DNA of 62,168 bases, counting the filler, from Choristocarpus tenellus KU-1152 (Eukaryota > Protista > Phaeophyceae): NCBI GenBank assembly GCA_964200185.2. It is 10 parts of 10 records of this genome, joined end to end, with 100 filler letters (N's around TTAATTAATTAA, not from the genome) between each part and the next. Parts side by side here need not be neighbours in the genome. Positions count along the whole stretch, not along the records: positions 12,082 to 18,160 come from CAXNAD020008993.1; positions 18,261 to 24,865 come from CAXNAD020007763.1; positions 24,966 to 30,668 come from CAXNAD020009966.1; 7 more parts are not named here. The stretch is one strand, 5' to 3'. Position numbers and translations under genes: made by a program. Below the pieces are notes generated by a model. That model had not been told where the DNA came from. It worked only from the letters and a program-made list of their open reading frames with translations, and made no database searches. Numbering within the stretch: position 1 is the stretch's first letter; each line of letters starts with the position of its first letter. Positions 13,251 through 26,982 of this stretch are shown piece by piece.

Positions 13251-14449
13251 CAGCAGAACGTGGACGTTTTTTCCGAACTTTCCCTTCCCAATGATCCATC
13301 CTATCGTAAAGCCCTTGGAACTCAAGTTTTGATACCCATGTGTAGAATCGCTTGTATCTCGTGAACCGCTTTGAACTGTGTGAGTCTAAGACGATGGGGG
13401 CGCAGTACACAGCTATCATATGGAAGAATCCGTTGCTCCATTGGACACCATCAGGTCGAGATTATTCCCAACCCGATCGGCCAACTCCTATTCCAGCCTC
13501 TCGACTTGTAGGCACCACGAAAGGTATATAAACTAATGGAACCCAGGGTTCTGATCATTCCAATACACAGCGTCTGTAGATTGTGAGACCGGGTCTTGCC
13601 ATTCGCCGTGATCTACCCTGGCGCAAAATCCCCAGAACCCCAATTGCAATTCCCCTATGAAGGATCACATATAGCTTGTACCCTGCTTTGAATAGTGAAG
13701 AAAAACCCTTGTACCCTGTACTTCGAAGTTCTCAACTATCACATCCAAGATTTATTAAATGGGCATTGTCAGGTCGAGATTATAACGCCCTCGATTTGTA
13801 ACCCTCTAAACAGACCATTCAATTTCTAAGTGCCACGATGTGAACCCTACATTCGTGTAAAGACGGAAAGTAGACCTGTGAAACGCCAGGTTCCTGATAT
13901 TCCCAATGCTCCACATACCATCGACAGATGCCCTAGTGATGCAATGATAGGTGACAAAAAGCAAACTGAAATTTTTGGTGTTCCCATGAATGGATAGAAT
14001 TAATGAGTATTAGATTAAAATCGGTTTGAAATTTTTTTGTGTACTCAATAATAGTCTAACCCTCGACGACGTACAGAGACCAACGGAAATACGTTTCCCA
14101 GACATAGCCCTCCCCGAAGTGTTTTTTTAGGTACTCTTCATTTACGTCCTCTTTCCCCACTATCATGCTCTGATGTGTTGTTAAGATAAGAGAAGTTTTC
14201 TTACATGTTCATTAATGATAATTTCCCAAAGAAGTGGACTGAAGAGTTGTGAAGAAGAGTATTATGGAAAGAGGAATTATGCACATTATTTTTTACACGA
14301 ATTACATCACTTATCTATTATGGTGTGTGGTTACATATTGTTCCTACAGTCTTAAGAGGATATTGTTTCTGTTGCATTTCTTCGCAGTTCCCCACTTAGT
14401 CTTCTTCATCCAGGTGTTGTGAACTAACACAAAAAGAAGCTAAACATTT

Positions 14450-17400
14450 TCTGGGTTCAGTGTGTTGTGCTTGGAAGTCGCAATATCCCCATCACCACTT
14501 GATGGATTGAGTGGGTCGTAAGCTTCAGTCTGAATCAGTTTTTATTGTCATGTCTCCTGCAACCTTCAACACACAAACTTCTGCCCGTGTTTCTTCCTCC
14601 ATGTGCTCCCTCATTACAGTGTGCTCCAATATTTCGCCACCAAGACCTCAACCCCCTCCCCACATTGCAAGGGAGGCTCTTACAAAACCCTCCCTATGTC
14701 TTTTCTGGGAGTAATGCCCCCGCTCAATATTTTTATTACACGTATGTACTTGAGCTTGGTTCTACAGCAATATCAACAAGTTTATTCTCTTCCCCCTGAG
14801 CTCCGCGGTCCTCTTCCACAACGCATAAGGCTTCCAACTCCACTGGCCTCTAAATATGCTTACACTCATTGTCTGGAATGCCCTAAGGGATTTTGGTTTT
14901 GGTGTTTAAACAAGTAGTCAGATATTGTTCCGCTTGATAAATCCTCTTGGCCACCTTTTATTCTTGCCGTCAGAGTACTGGGCAATGTTCCTGCCTGTAT
15001 CAAAGCGGTTCAAGAAATAATTCATGATCACTCCTGCACACTGCATACAGCGTCAAATTATCTTAGAGGATAGAGCTGCGTCCATTTGGGGACCAAAATC
15101 CTATGTTTCGATTTTGGTGTATTTTTGGCAGTTGTATTTGTTAGGAAGTCTCAATATCATTGTTCTGGAGACACCTTTTCATAACGTATACATTTTACCT
15201 ACTGCAAAGAATTTCAGAGTAGGTAAAATGTCATAAACAAATTCCGTGGGAAGCCAAGCCCCAAATGGACAAATAGGGCAAAAATCGTACCCTCTAAGAT
15301 ACTTTCACTACAGGATTTTTTGCTTCCACTTTTCAGGGGTGGTGGCTTTGAAGGCGATGCAGGCTTGCACTGATTTCTCCAGCTCCATTCGTACGTCATT
15401 GATAATGGGATGACTAGAGACACTGTCACAAAATATGTGTCTTCCGTCAAGAGTCTTCGGTGCTTCCATAATGGGATCGTGTAATTTTTCCCCAAAATCA
15501 TCACCTGAGTGTGGCAAAAGCAGAACAAGTAGACACGGGGCGAGATAGGAACTGAGGAAGAAAGGTTGGTGATGAGATTATTGGAGAGGTACTTGAGTAG
15601 GCAAAAAATAGAGAAGCACCTAAGAATGACATATAATGAAAATGTGTTTGTAGTTGTTAAATACCAATATAAAACTCTGAAAGACTTCCACTAGGTGGTA
15701 GTGGTTGCATTTAGCATGTGACAGGTGACTTCTTCACTCCTCCAACAAGATCTTTCAATTTCTGTTTTGACACTCATATACCAACAATTTGGTACACTGG
15801 CGTCAATCTCTTAGGCTTGTTTCTCGGCATTCTACACAACATATAGTCTAAGCGCCAACAGGTGCCCGGGCTGGTATCATGGCTTATTTTAACCCATCAC
15901 TGCTGAAGGCTGTACCTGCCACACATTCCAAGCGTTGATCCTCCAGTAAGTGATCCATCGTCGCTATCAATGGCTCACAGTCTGCCACACACTCTCCACC
16001 CTCTTCCACAAAGTCCTCATTTTTTTATTAGTTCATAACGATTTCAGTGAGTCGTCTCCTGTCATTCTGGCTGAGTCCTTGATGCAGTCCAGAGAGAGAG
16101 AGTGACAATCTTGAACACATCACCGATGCAGGATATGGTAAGATAGGTAAGTTGAATATAGATTTTTGGAGGCTGCACACAGAGGAGCAAGGTCAACACC
16201 AGAAACACAAAATCAGGTTAGGAGACAAACAGGCCCTGTTCAAGACAGTAACTGTCCTCTTTTTAATGGTAAGAGCTCCGCAATAGCCACCTTCAAAGTT
16301 GGGCGATGACTTGCTGCATCATCATTTCGATAAAAAATTCGCATTCATCACAAACTCCCACAAGGTAAGGAAAGGTGTGAGTGTGATACCGAAATTCTCC
16401 CAAACCATACTAAACGAGCAACGAGAAGGCCTGCCTGGAGACACTTCACTTCTTGAACTGTCTGGAATCAGCAAAGTCTTCCCAAGAATCCGACTAGCAA
16501 TCCGGGGCACGAAACTGTTTCTAAGATACAAAACAAAACCATTGATGACATCAGGATTAAATATAATGGGAATATTTGTGATAAGATCCTTTGTGATTAT
16601 TTGGTTATATAAATCCGCACAATTTCTAAAGTAATACTTCAATCTGCAACAATGAGAACTAGACCCTCTAGTCTACAGGCAAAACAGAAGCAGTCCTTGT
16701 TTGTGGTGTGAACCTCTTGATGTAACTACAATGCTTCGAAATGGTAGAGCATACTGCTACTTCCCAAGATAAGACGTCTGGTTCCAACACTCCATGACAC
16801 CTATTGTTTCAATACATTCGGTGCACCTGAAAAAAGAAATATCATCTTTGCCAAGGTGTACTCTAGGTGAAGTAGTGATTTCAAATCCTACAAACCACAA
16901 AAAAGGAAATAGCTAAGTGGGCAGAGATAGCAATAAAAATACAACTATTAGAACCATTTTGGGGAATTGTTCATGTCACAGCCAACAACACACCACACTC
17001 ATGAAGCAGTGGCTGAGAATGTTATCGCACCAAACATGTGCAAATAGCCACATTCGGTACACCCTGCCAACATTGAGTGTCTCTAAGATGGATATTGGGG
17101 AAAAGGTTATTCCGCCAGTCCAAAGGAAACACTGCTAACATAATGATAAGACAGAAATTAAAATTTCAACATGCACAACATGCACGGTTCACAGTGACAG
17201 ATGACCAATCAGCACTGTTCAAAAGTCCTCTTTAACCACCAAATGAGCACACCAAGTACATACATAAATCACCAACACTTAGGGTGGTCCTTTCTTGCAC
17301 ACCCTAGGAGAGTCCTTCTTGTGGTTTGGCGGTGATAGAAAGTAAGCCCAACAGGCAATTATCTCTACTACGATGGTTGTTAGGAACTGGATATCCACAC

Positions 17401-17510
17401 CACTCTAGCGTACCCAAGCAATAACCAGGGTATGCTCCATAAATTGCCGCACAACTTTTTTGCCTCTTGATGGAGGCCCCATCGCAACCACCATGCCTGA
17501 CTGAAAGAAG
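14450..17510 (-). pseudogene. Decayed, probably spliced coding remnant of unknown identity (possibly a transposase)
   Basis: Several minus-strand open stretches (15308-15505, 16322-16642, 17304-17510), some after AG acceptor-like sites, broken by stops and frameshifts. Removing the B element and one TACA TSD restores the frame ...KQKILYAVC... No family recognised. Confidence 0.3.
15050..15308 (+). mobile_element. MITE family B (259 bp), TSD TACA
   Basis: GCGTCAAATTATCTTAGAGG...CCCTCTAAGATACTTTCAC, with TACA on both sides. Confidence 0.85.
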
Positions 17511-18264
17511 AATCAGGTATCTAGGGGAGAGAGTGGACCAATACAAGTCCGCCTACTAGACTAATTAAACTGATGTGTGAAATTAAATCAAGTCATCATT
17601 ACACTAGTAGAGACTTCAAAATATGGAGCGGTTGATGTTGGGAAAAGCTAACAAAATACACAAAAGGACAAACAGAACCTGTGCCTCTCTAAGGACACAT
17701 CAGGAGGCACACTTGATGTGCTAGGTAACTGTGCTAGACTCACCACAGGCCTCACTACATTGTTATCAATTCTTAAGACAACTCAAAAAAACGTACCAAA
17801 GAAAGAACGATACCAAGGGTAGAATATAACTATCCTGTCTGCCGTCCAGCACAAACCACTGCCTGTGTGTGCCCTTGGGAACACAGCACTTTGCAAATAG
17901 GACAAATTTCACTGTTAAATAACTCACAACAAACTACCCTACGCTACTCATATCAGTTGCTGCTATCTAGAAAAATTAACATCTGTGCATTGTGGGGGAG
18001 GACAGGGATGGAAAAAGGGTGACTGGAAATCATTCCAAACACCAACCACAACCACATCCACCTAAGTGCCCCCTAGTAATACCCCTTTCCAACTCTACAC
18101 ATCCCCAGGAAATCAAATGGTGAACCGAGGGGAAGGGGAGGACGATCATTGGTTCGATGANNNNNNNNNNNNNNNNNNNNNNNNNNNNNNNNNNNNNNNN
18201 NNNNTTAATTAATTAANNNNNNNNNNNNNNNNNNNNNNNNNNNNNNNNNNNNNNNNNNNNCATC

Positions 18265-18445
18265 TGTTCAAAGTATCTGGGGGGGGGTGATGGCTGTCCA
18301 TTTGGGGTCAATTTTTTCATGTCGCGATTTTGAGTGATTTGGTTGCATACTTCGGATGGATAATGTAAGTGCACTTTCCCTGATTTTGGCTCAAATGGAC
18401 ACCCTGGTATAGATCGCCCCCCCCCCCCCCCAGATACTTTGGGTC
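18265..18445 (-). mobile_element. MITE family A, full length
   Basis: CAAAGTATCTGGGGGGGGG...CCCCCCAGATACTTTGGGTC. Confidence 0.9.
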
Positions 18446-18856
18446 ATACTGCTACATTTCTTCATGCCTGTTGTCAATCCTTTGGTGACGAGGCAGGACC
18501 GAGAAGAGAAACAAAGGGATACTGAGCATATGACCACCATGCAAAGCAATAATCGTCTCATTTGCTGTGCTGTCTGTGTGATGTGCCTCCATATACGTAT
18601 AGGTATTATGATGTTGCTGTTCATGTACCTATTTATGATATGTATGAACTACTCGCGACAACTGCTATTATTGCTAATATTGTTCCTCCTGTTGTTGTAG
18701 CTCAAACGACAATGCTCATTGTATTTGTGTCCTCAAATTGTCGCGTCAAACTTCTCGTCATACAATAGCATAATATCACTCATCACATAATTCATTCCAA
18801 AAAGGAAGAGATATTTAAGATCATCAGGGATGATTTTGGCTCTTTACAAATAATTG

Positions 18857-20787
18857 ATTCTTGGGATGCCTCCCTAGCTCCTCGCCCACTTGTATAGGGC
18901 AAAGAAAGGTAGGAGGAATAGCAGTATTGTACACAGAACAAAGAAATTACCAACCTTTAAGGGAGTGTTGTAGTAAAGGTGGTATTCAAATAGTAGGTAG
19001 ATTTTAAGCGGTGTTTTCACACTTACGACAACAGTTACTTTTACTGGGGGTACTTGAGATATTGGTTTGGCTTTTCCCCTGGACATGTTCAAAATGTCAG
19101 AGAGGGCATACAAATTTGAAATGAAGAACTCCCGATTTCTACTCACTCCCTAATAAATGGTTAGTGGGCAGTGCAGTATGATGTTATATTTATCACTGCG
19201 ATTGGTATAAATAATTGCAAAGGAGAACAGACCTTCACTGTCGAGTAATGTAATAATGGGGTGGTCAAGAAATCAGACTTACAAATGTTGGCCAGACACC
19301 TGGGTGAGATGGAGGATAGAAAAGGTTGCCCAGCTCCTCAGCTCTTGATCCCCCTCCTCCCGTTTGGGTTAGTTGGTGAGGGCCATTTCCCCTCCACCTG
19401 GCATACTCTACCATAGAACAAGCTGGCAACACCTCGCTGTGGACTCTGGAGAAGATAACAGAGGTAGAGTATCTTTGATGGTGCGTGTGAAAATTGGTCT
19501 CTCTTGGCTTTGAAACACATCAACAATTGCAAGTACAGACGCCCACAAGTTCAGGGGGCCTAGGCCTATCCTCCACAAGACGCCACCAGCATGCAGCTTT
19601 TGTGGTATCGCTAGTGCCCAATCTCCCTGCCCTCCTAGCCTGTCAACAAGGGCCCCTCGTCGAGGTTTGTACCCAGGCCATTGTGAGAGTCCCACAGTCC
19701 AGGGTCTAGGAACATTGATCTGTACTCTTCTCAAGGCAGGAGTCCTTTTGGAGGACTTGGTGGGGATTATTGGTCAAGGCTGGGCAGAGAAACAGTCGTT
19801 CCTATTGGCGTCCAGGAGAGTCACATTATGTCTGCTCATGATGCCAGGATCACAAGGAGGGCACAACAGAAGATTACCTGTCTTCTGAGCAGGATCTGAT
19901 TTGGCTACTGTTCGGTGCAAATGGCCAACTTTCCAGATGATGCAGAGGAACAAGGGAGGGAACGTTCTTTGCTACCTCTAGCCCCACACCGGTGGAAGTG
20001 TGGGCAAGGGGCCAATGCTTGGGCGTCCACACAACCTTATAACCAACATGCTGTTTTCCACTGGTAGAGTTTAGACTTGCCACCAGCAAATCTCTAGAGT
20101 GGAGGAGGCCCTATCCAAGGTGCCCAGTGGTTGAGGGCAGGAGGGACAATGTTTGCACCTGATATGCCCACACCTGACCTAGGGCAGGAGGAAATGTACA
20201 CCAGCACATGCTTATGGTGAAACGGCTAGCCCAAATCTGCACGGGAATAAGCTTTCATTGCACTATGGTGGATAACAGCCCGTTTACAGTGGACGGGAAC
20301 TTCAGCATGGACGTGTTGTTCCATGCTGGGACAAATTCAGACACTGATTCAGCTCCCTACTGGGACATAGGCCTCCTTCTCGATGTTTCGTTCCCCGAGA
20401 TCCAAGCAGTATGTCACTTGCCACAGTCATTAACCAGGAAAGGCGTAGCTGCTACTGCAGCCAAGGTGCAAAAGTGCACCTACTATATGAGACATTTTAC
20501 CCTCGTAGATATACAATATTGACTCCTTTGCAGTGGAAAGGTTTCCGCATCTTGGTAAGCAAGCAGAGAGTTTCCTGGATGAGTTAGTCACCCATCCAGT
20601 AGGATGGAGAGTGACTGGAGGGTATTGCAGGAAAGAGACTGTCAACTCTCGTTTGAGGCAGATTGTGCCAGTAACTGCATCAGTGCCTCTCTCAAGACGC
20701 GTCATGCGTTTCAAAGTACACATACCATTGAGGTGGGCGAGGAACCTTAGAGATTCTTGGGATGCTCCCCTAGCTCCTCGCCCACCT
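18857..20787 (-). mobile_element. Probable degenerate LTR retrotransposon remnant (gag-like interior)
   Basis: A ~32-bp direct repeat (TTCTTGGGATGC..CCCTAGCTCCTCGCCCAC) at 18857-18888 and 20753-20785. On the minus strand the upstream copy ends ...CCTCA and is followed by TGGTATG (PBS-like). A broken Cys/His knuckle-like NDCGK*HTAWI lies near 20400-20430. Confidence 0.4.
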
Positions 20788-20789
20788 TC

Positions 20790-23700
20790 ATACGGTCAAC
20801 CTAGGCTAGAAGCATCACAGTAGTCTGAGGGATCCCAGACCCATGGCCACACACTGATTGAGAAAAGGAGAAAGGACTACAAAGAAAAGCAACTCAGCGA
20901 AGGAAGAAAGAAAAAGAGAAGAAAGAATTCTAAGGTGAGACAGCACTCCCACCCACAAACATACGAAAGGGGAAGACAAGAAAGAGAGAGTGTCGGATGC
21001 AAAAAATTCACCCCCTACAAGGAGAAAGATAGATTCAACAGAAAGTGATGGTGGTGGTATTGGTGACTTGGACGACCTTAGATGCTGCTTGGCATGGCGT
21101 ACATTAACTATCACAGCTTCCATGGAATGCCACTTTGCCACAAAGCTCGTTGTGCCAGTGGCCACACAATCGCACCACGTTGATTGGTTAGAGGCCTCAT
21201 TCCCCCACCCCTCAACCATAACCCCAAACTTCTCAAGGTTGTCTTGGAGGCGTACCCACCAGTTCTTCTACTGCCCACCTTGCTTCTATTTTCATATAGA
21301 AGCTCTCCAGACACCAACACCTTAGGATGTCACTAATCCCCCATGCGTGCAACTGACCCGGCAGATAGGATTCTCCATTTAGGCACATTTGGCTCGATAC
21401 TCTCACACCCAGTCTTGATAAGGGCATCTTTGTATGGAAGGTCATGATTGGTGCGTTCTAATGCTGAACCCTATACGGTAGGAGGAAGAATTTGTGGTGA
21501 TTGGAACGAAGCTTTGGATGACGGACCTGACGCAGTGTCTAAGTCATACAATCATATGACAGAACGGAAACAACCTCACACTTGACAGCTCAAATGTTAA
21601 ACTCATGCGATGCATCTGAGACCCTGACATACAGCACTTGCCTGTATTTACAAAAACAACTCCAGGCTTTCTGAATCGTCTGGCTGATCTCAGCTATGAT
21701 AGCGGGTTTGTCACTGAGGGTGTCCCCAAGGTAAACAAACTTATCAGCCTGCTTGCAGGTCTGGCCCAGTGCCTGGATTTGCATGATAGCTGCGGCCTGA
21801 TTAGGACGCCGAAGACACATGGCCTCCGTATTCAGTGCCATGGCCGGAGGGAATGATCTGACCACCTTCACAATCACGGTCATCTTTGGCCAGCCTCCTT
21901 GGGTGTTGGAGAAAATGCCCGGATCATCAGCATACAGCATACCCAACAAGAGTCGCTCAGGTGATGTCACAATATCTAGTAACTCTCTTCCTTTGATCTG
22001 GTTGTTGTGATCGCTTTCTTGATGACAACGAGGTCCTTGGAGATGACAGGGTCAGAGGTGAACTCATTAACTCATACACGCACTTACTTGGTACTACAGT
22101 GAAGAAGGTATCTAACTCAAGAGGATGGGATCAAGAAGATACCCTTTTCAAAGGCCCTGCCCAACTTCCAGCCACTCTGTTCACTCTTCACCATCCATGC
22201 GAACACATGCCCTCATTCTATCGTGGAATTGACTGACGACAGATATCATCTTCTTAGGAACGCCAAAATTGGTCAGCACAGGTCATAACAGATCACGATC
22301 AACAGAGTCATAAGCTTTTGTAGATCGATAAAACACATTAGTAGGGGTACATAATTTTCCCGACCATACTCTTCGAGGGCATCAGCAGTGTACATCATAT
22401 CCACAGTTGAGCGTCGGGTCAGAAACCATGATCAGGGCTGGAAATCATGCTGTTCCTCCTAAAGTTTGTTCGCCCGTTACACTGTTGCGCAACAACTTTG
22501 ATAACTACTTCGCCAGCATGTACCATTAATGAGATGCTCCAATAGGTACCACAGTCAGTTAGGTTGTTCTTCTTGTGGAGCATGCTTGTGATTTCCAGAT
22601 GTGAGGTACTAAATTTCACAAAGATACAATGTAATGGTACGTGAGATGAGGGTGGAGAAACTATTGGCACGGAGAAAAATGAGTTGAGTCTAATGTGATT
22701 GGCTGCTGTAGTTATCCCGCGGAGTGAAACTGGAGTACAAATTGGGGACAGGTTCCCTCTTTCCCTTGTCGCCCATTGCTTGTACCTAGGCATTGCTTGA
22801 AAAGGTGAAGGATTAATCTCCTGGGTACACTGATCACGAAGATTTCATTGGCAAGGCCTTTAGCACGTCATCCCCGTCAGGCTTTATGATGGAGAGTGCT
22901 TGTACCTCTCGATCACAACTAATTGATAATGGAGGAGGAAGCAGCGTTCCGTGGGTTCTGTTGCTTCAATATATGTCTCTATCACGTGGGAGAGGTGCTC
23001 AAGATGGCTTTAGGTCGTGCCTGTGAGTCGTGGTCTGAGTGTAGGTTTCAAGTACCACTTGACTTTGAATTTGATGTTGTGGTCGATCTACTCTTGTCCA
23101 TGTAAACCCTGAGTGATCAGTACTCAAGTGATCTTGAAAAGTACTCTATCTGACTCAAAGTCTTAGGTTGTGTTGATCTTCAACTGCAGTGGATACTTCG
23201 GGATGAAATGGAGCTCCTGTACTTGTTGGTTTCTCCGGGGCCTCATAGCCCATGGAGTGTAATGTCATCTCCGAAGAGTGCCTTTCTCGGTCAACCTGCA
23301 CATGCCGAGCGATGTTTCACCAACAAAGCTCACGTTGACTTGTTGACATTTCCCACGCGATCATGAGAGATGCACTTAATCTGGGTTTCCTGACAAAAAA
23401 ACACCATCAAATCTAGGGAAGAATCCTGCAGTTTACTCGCAAACAGGTCCTGAAAACTAGCGCGCTTCACACGTTGGCACCATTGCCGCCACCCTCGATG
23501 GTCGGATAATTTATCATTCCATCAATTCCATTCCTAGATTTAGCATAATGCAGTGACGAGTCAGCTGTCCACCCACTCTATTGAAACACATGCTGTGTGG
23601 GTGGATAGGAGACGGCATATACTGCGTAAGGCGATGCCCTGATGGTTGTGTCAACTCTTACTCACATGCAAGTTGATGGAGGTCAATAATCCATCATGGA

Positions 23701-23900
23701 TGAGGGTTTTTCTCAGGTTATCGGTGACCCTCCCTTCTGATTTGAGAGCTATCATAGCTGCTGTGGGGATTGTGGATTGCAATGTAGGCTGCAACAATTG
23801 CAAAGGCGAAGTGGAAAGAAAACGTTGGGATCTCCTTTGGACAGGACTACGTTAGGCTCCCTTCTTATGTCTATCCCTAGCCCTAATATTTCTTGTTGAT
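20790..23900 (-). mobile_element. Degenerate non-LTR retrotransposon (RTE-type LINE; APE endonuclease + RT), internally deleted
   Basis: Minus-strand motifs: QET (APE, ~23385-23395), CFIDLQKAYDSVDR (~22295-22340), FGVPKKMISVVSQFHD, GQGL, MLYADD (~21925-21945), KFVYLG (~21725-21745). Many stops and frameshifts. Boundaries approximate. Confidence 0.85.
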
Positions 23901-25160
23901 GGTTGTGGTTGGTTCCGTTGCTTGGCCCTACCCAACTTGAGGCAACTCCAAGTTCATGATGGATGCTTCATAAACCTTTCTCGCCACTTTGTACAATTGT
24001 CTGTAAGGTTAAAAAGGGAAGGATCGTCCCCAAGGAGTCACGTGCATGCTAATCCCTGCACACAAAACAGAGTTGATGATATTTGTTTTGTGGATCAGAG
24101 ATATACTTCCTACTTCGAATGTCACATGCATAAGACATTGTTTGCTTGGTATACTGAATCAGTGTGTTTGTATGCACAATTGGGAAACAGCGTTTCTGTA
24201 GCACAATACATTTGAGTACTGTACCCATGGGCATGTTTGACATGTAACGCCATGGTTCTATCCTGGAATCAGTGTTCCTATCAGGATTCCTCCAGTTATT
24301 TGAAAAGATATTGAGGAATTGTTAAGATCAAGACTGGCCAGGGTTAGGATTTGTTGAGAAGCTGGAAAGATGAGGCTGTCGAGTTTGGTGTGCGGGGATA
24401 GCCCTTTGGTTGATTTTTTGGGGGAGAAAGATTTGGCGAAAGGGCTCAAATGAAGGCTAGGGGATGATAGAGCAACACTTATTGTTGAACACCTACATTA
24501 CATGTACAATTGACATAAGCTTCAGACCTGGTCATGAACCTCAACTCCTCTTACCAAATTGATACGTGATGCGATTAGACTCTCTGTGTGATACTATACA
24601 CAAATTGACTTGGAATTTCTGAAGTGTGTGTTTTTTCAATGATTGGAAGACCAGGACACAACATCCAATGGAGCTGTTGTGCCAGGATTAGAGAGGCAGA
24701 AGAAATTTCATGAGGAGCCACATTGACGCCAATAGATCAGTATGCATGCCACCCACAACCAATGAGATACATTTGAGCTCCAACCTGCCTCATCCCCTAG
24801 CCCTAACCCATATATACTTTTCCCAACATTGTATTTCTCACTGTACACTTTGATCCCTCTCCCCCNNNNNNNNNNNNNNNNNNNNNNNNNNNNNNNNNNN
24901 NNNNNNNNNTTAATTAATTAANNNNNNNNNNNNNNNNNNNNNNNNNNNNNNNNNNNNNNNNNNNNTATTGGGTACCCCTTGACCCAGAGCTCATCGTGTA
25001 TTTGAACCCTAAACCTACGTAGTCTTTTAACTTTGATCTTAGCCAGTTTTTTTTTTTTCTGTCTCCGGAGGGCATGGTTGTGTGGAAGATTTTTTTTAGT
25101 GGCCGTATGCCGATACGTGCTCATTACATTGTTCCGTGTTTTCCTAAGCGTGCGTGTGTC

Positions 25161-25193
<33 letters not shown>

Positions 25194-26739
25194 GTGTTAT
25201 TTTTTTTATCTCTATTTTTTTTTAATATTGGTTTTACATAGTACGTGATGACCTACTCTTTATTATCACATTCGAAATGCATGCACTGTTCATACTATAG
25301 TGCATGCCTGTTGATCAATGTGGTGTAAGGTACTGGTACAGAAATGGTCAAGAAAATTGCACGTTACCAATACTTCTATAGCAGTGTTGAGTTGTGTTCT
25401 CAGCAGGAGGCTATTGTTGGACTAGAGTACAATTGTGTACCATGAGATGGGCTGGTTTGTGTGGGATGGTATGGACTTCTTCGCAGAGTTCGTTTGAGGT
25501 GGTAAAATTATGTTTTTTTTTACTTCTTGATGTAATACGACATGTGCTACTACCGTGTCAGAGCATAAAATGCCTCCGAAGTTTGACGCTAGAGTTTTCT
25601 CAGTAATTTGAACTGAGGCAAACATAGTGTGCTTGGTGCAGTATTGCTTCAACTACTCCAACAGCAATGAAATACCACAGTGTGGGTGTTGATCCTACAA
25701 GTGTAGGAGGGGGGGGGGACAAAGAGGGAAGGGGGATGTAGCATTATTTTGAGTGTGGAGGAGCCTGTTGACAAGTGGAAAGTATGGTAGTAGTTGCTTT
25801 TGTTGAAACAACGGGATACCTACTCTGTCGATCCCCATCAACATACCACATTGCATTTGTGGCTATTTCATTTTCCGTTGTCATCCTCCGCATCTCAATT
25901 CCAGTTCTTCGCTACAACTTCACATTATTAGTAGTATGTTCGAAGGGATTACTGCTGCATGATCCCCCCTCTGTGTTTTTTTTTGTTTTGTAACACCTTT
26001 TTAGTACTATCTTTTTTTTTACTTGGGTTGCAAGCATCGCTGTGTTAATAACGCTCTACGTAATTCTTTTATTTTTTTAGTGTTTTATTTTTTTTAATGT
26101 AGTGCTTGCTGCAGGGGCATGTCCCAGCTGCCAATCGGAAGAATGTTTTGAATGTGTATTTGCTCAGGCGTGTGTACTCCTGTCCAATTTGTTGATTGAA
26201 TTGACCTAACCAGGGGGGCAAATGGAGGTTATGATTGAAAGAATATGTAATGAATATGAGCGGTCCATGTATTTTGTATTTTCTGCTAACAACAAGTCAG
26301 TCCCCTTTGGTCAATGAAGCAGCACACTGTGTTACCCATCCTGAGTCAGTCACCCATGCATTGAATTGATCCATCCTGAGTCAGTCACCTATTCACCGGT
26401 TCACTCGTTCATCCAACGTGTGTTGTGTGTTTTGATGACATGCGATACATCTGACGTTTGAGCAAGAAATTCCTCTTAAACTTTTTTTTTTCAGATCTCT
26501 TTTCTTTTCTTTGTGTGACTTTCCCAGCTTTTCATGTATCCCTTTGATGCTTGCTGTAGGGGTCCTTTTGAAACTCATTCACTACACAATTTTGAAGTAT
26601 CAGGGAGGTCTAACCTCTAAACCTTCCCAAACCCTAACCCTAGCTGTCTCCATGCCGCTAACCCTGACCCTCACCACATGTTTTGACCTTTCTATGACAC
26701 CCCCTCCCTGCCTCACCTTTCCCCCTTCAATTTTTTTAC

Positions 26740-26776
<37 letters not shown>

Positions 26777-26829
26777 TTACATCTTTTATCGATACCGCAT
26801 TTCATGTGTGTAAATTTTGTATACGCAGC

Positions 26830-26982
26830 GGCACCATGGGAAAACCCACGTGGAGGCTGTGGGCCTTTGCTGATATACTAGGAGATTCGTACATGAGGAG
26901 GAGGGATAGCCCTAGGCCTGACATTGGAGCTTTGACTGCATCTGCAGGATTTGTTGCACGTGCCCTTGGACAGCTTGGCGAG
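26830..26982 (+). CDS. Isolated candidate exon of an unidentified gene
   Basis: GC-richer open stretch (MGKPTWRLWAFADILGDSYMRRRDSPRPDIGALTASAGFVARALGQLGE) bounded by CAG and GAG|GT in AT-rich surroundings. Confidence 0.3.

Noticed and set aside
17280-17440. GCM/WRKY-like zinc domain (C..TLE..GYPV, DHPK)
   Set aside because: The similarity needs frame changes and rests on a few residues, too weak to call.
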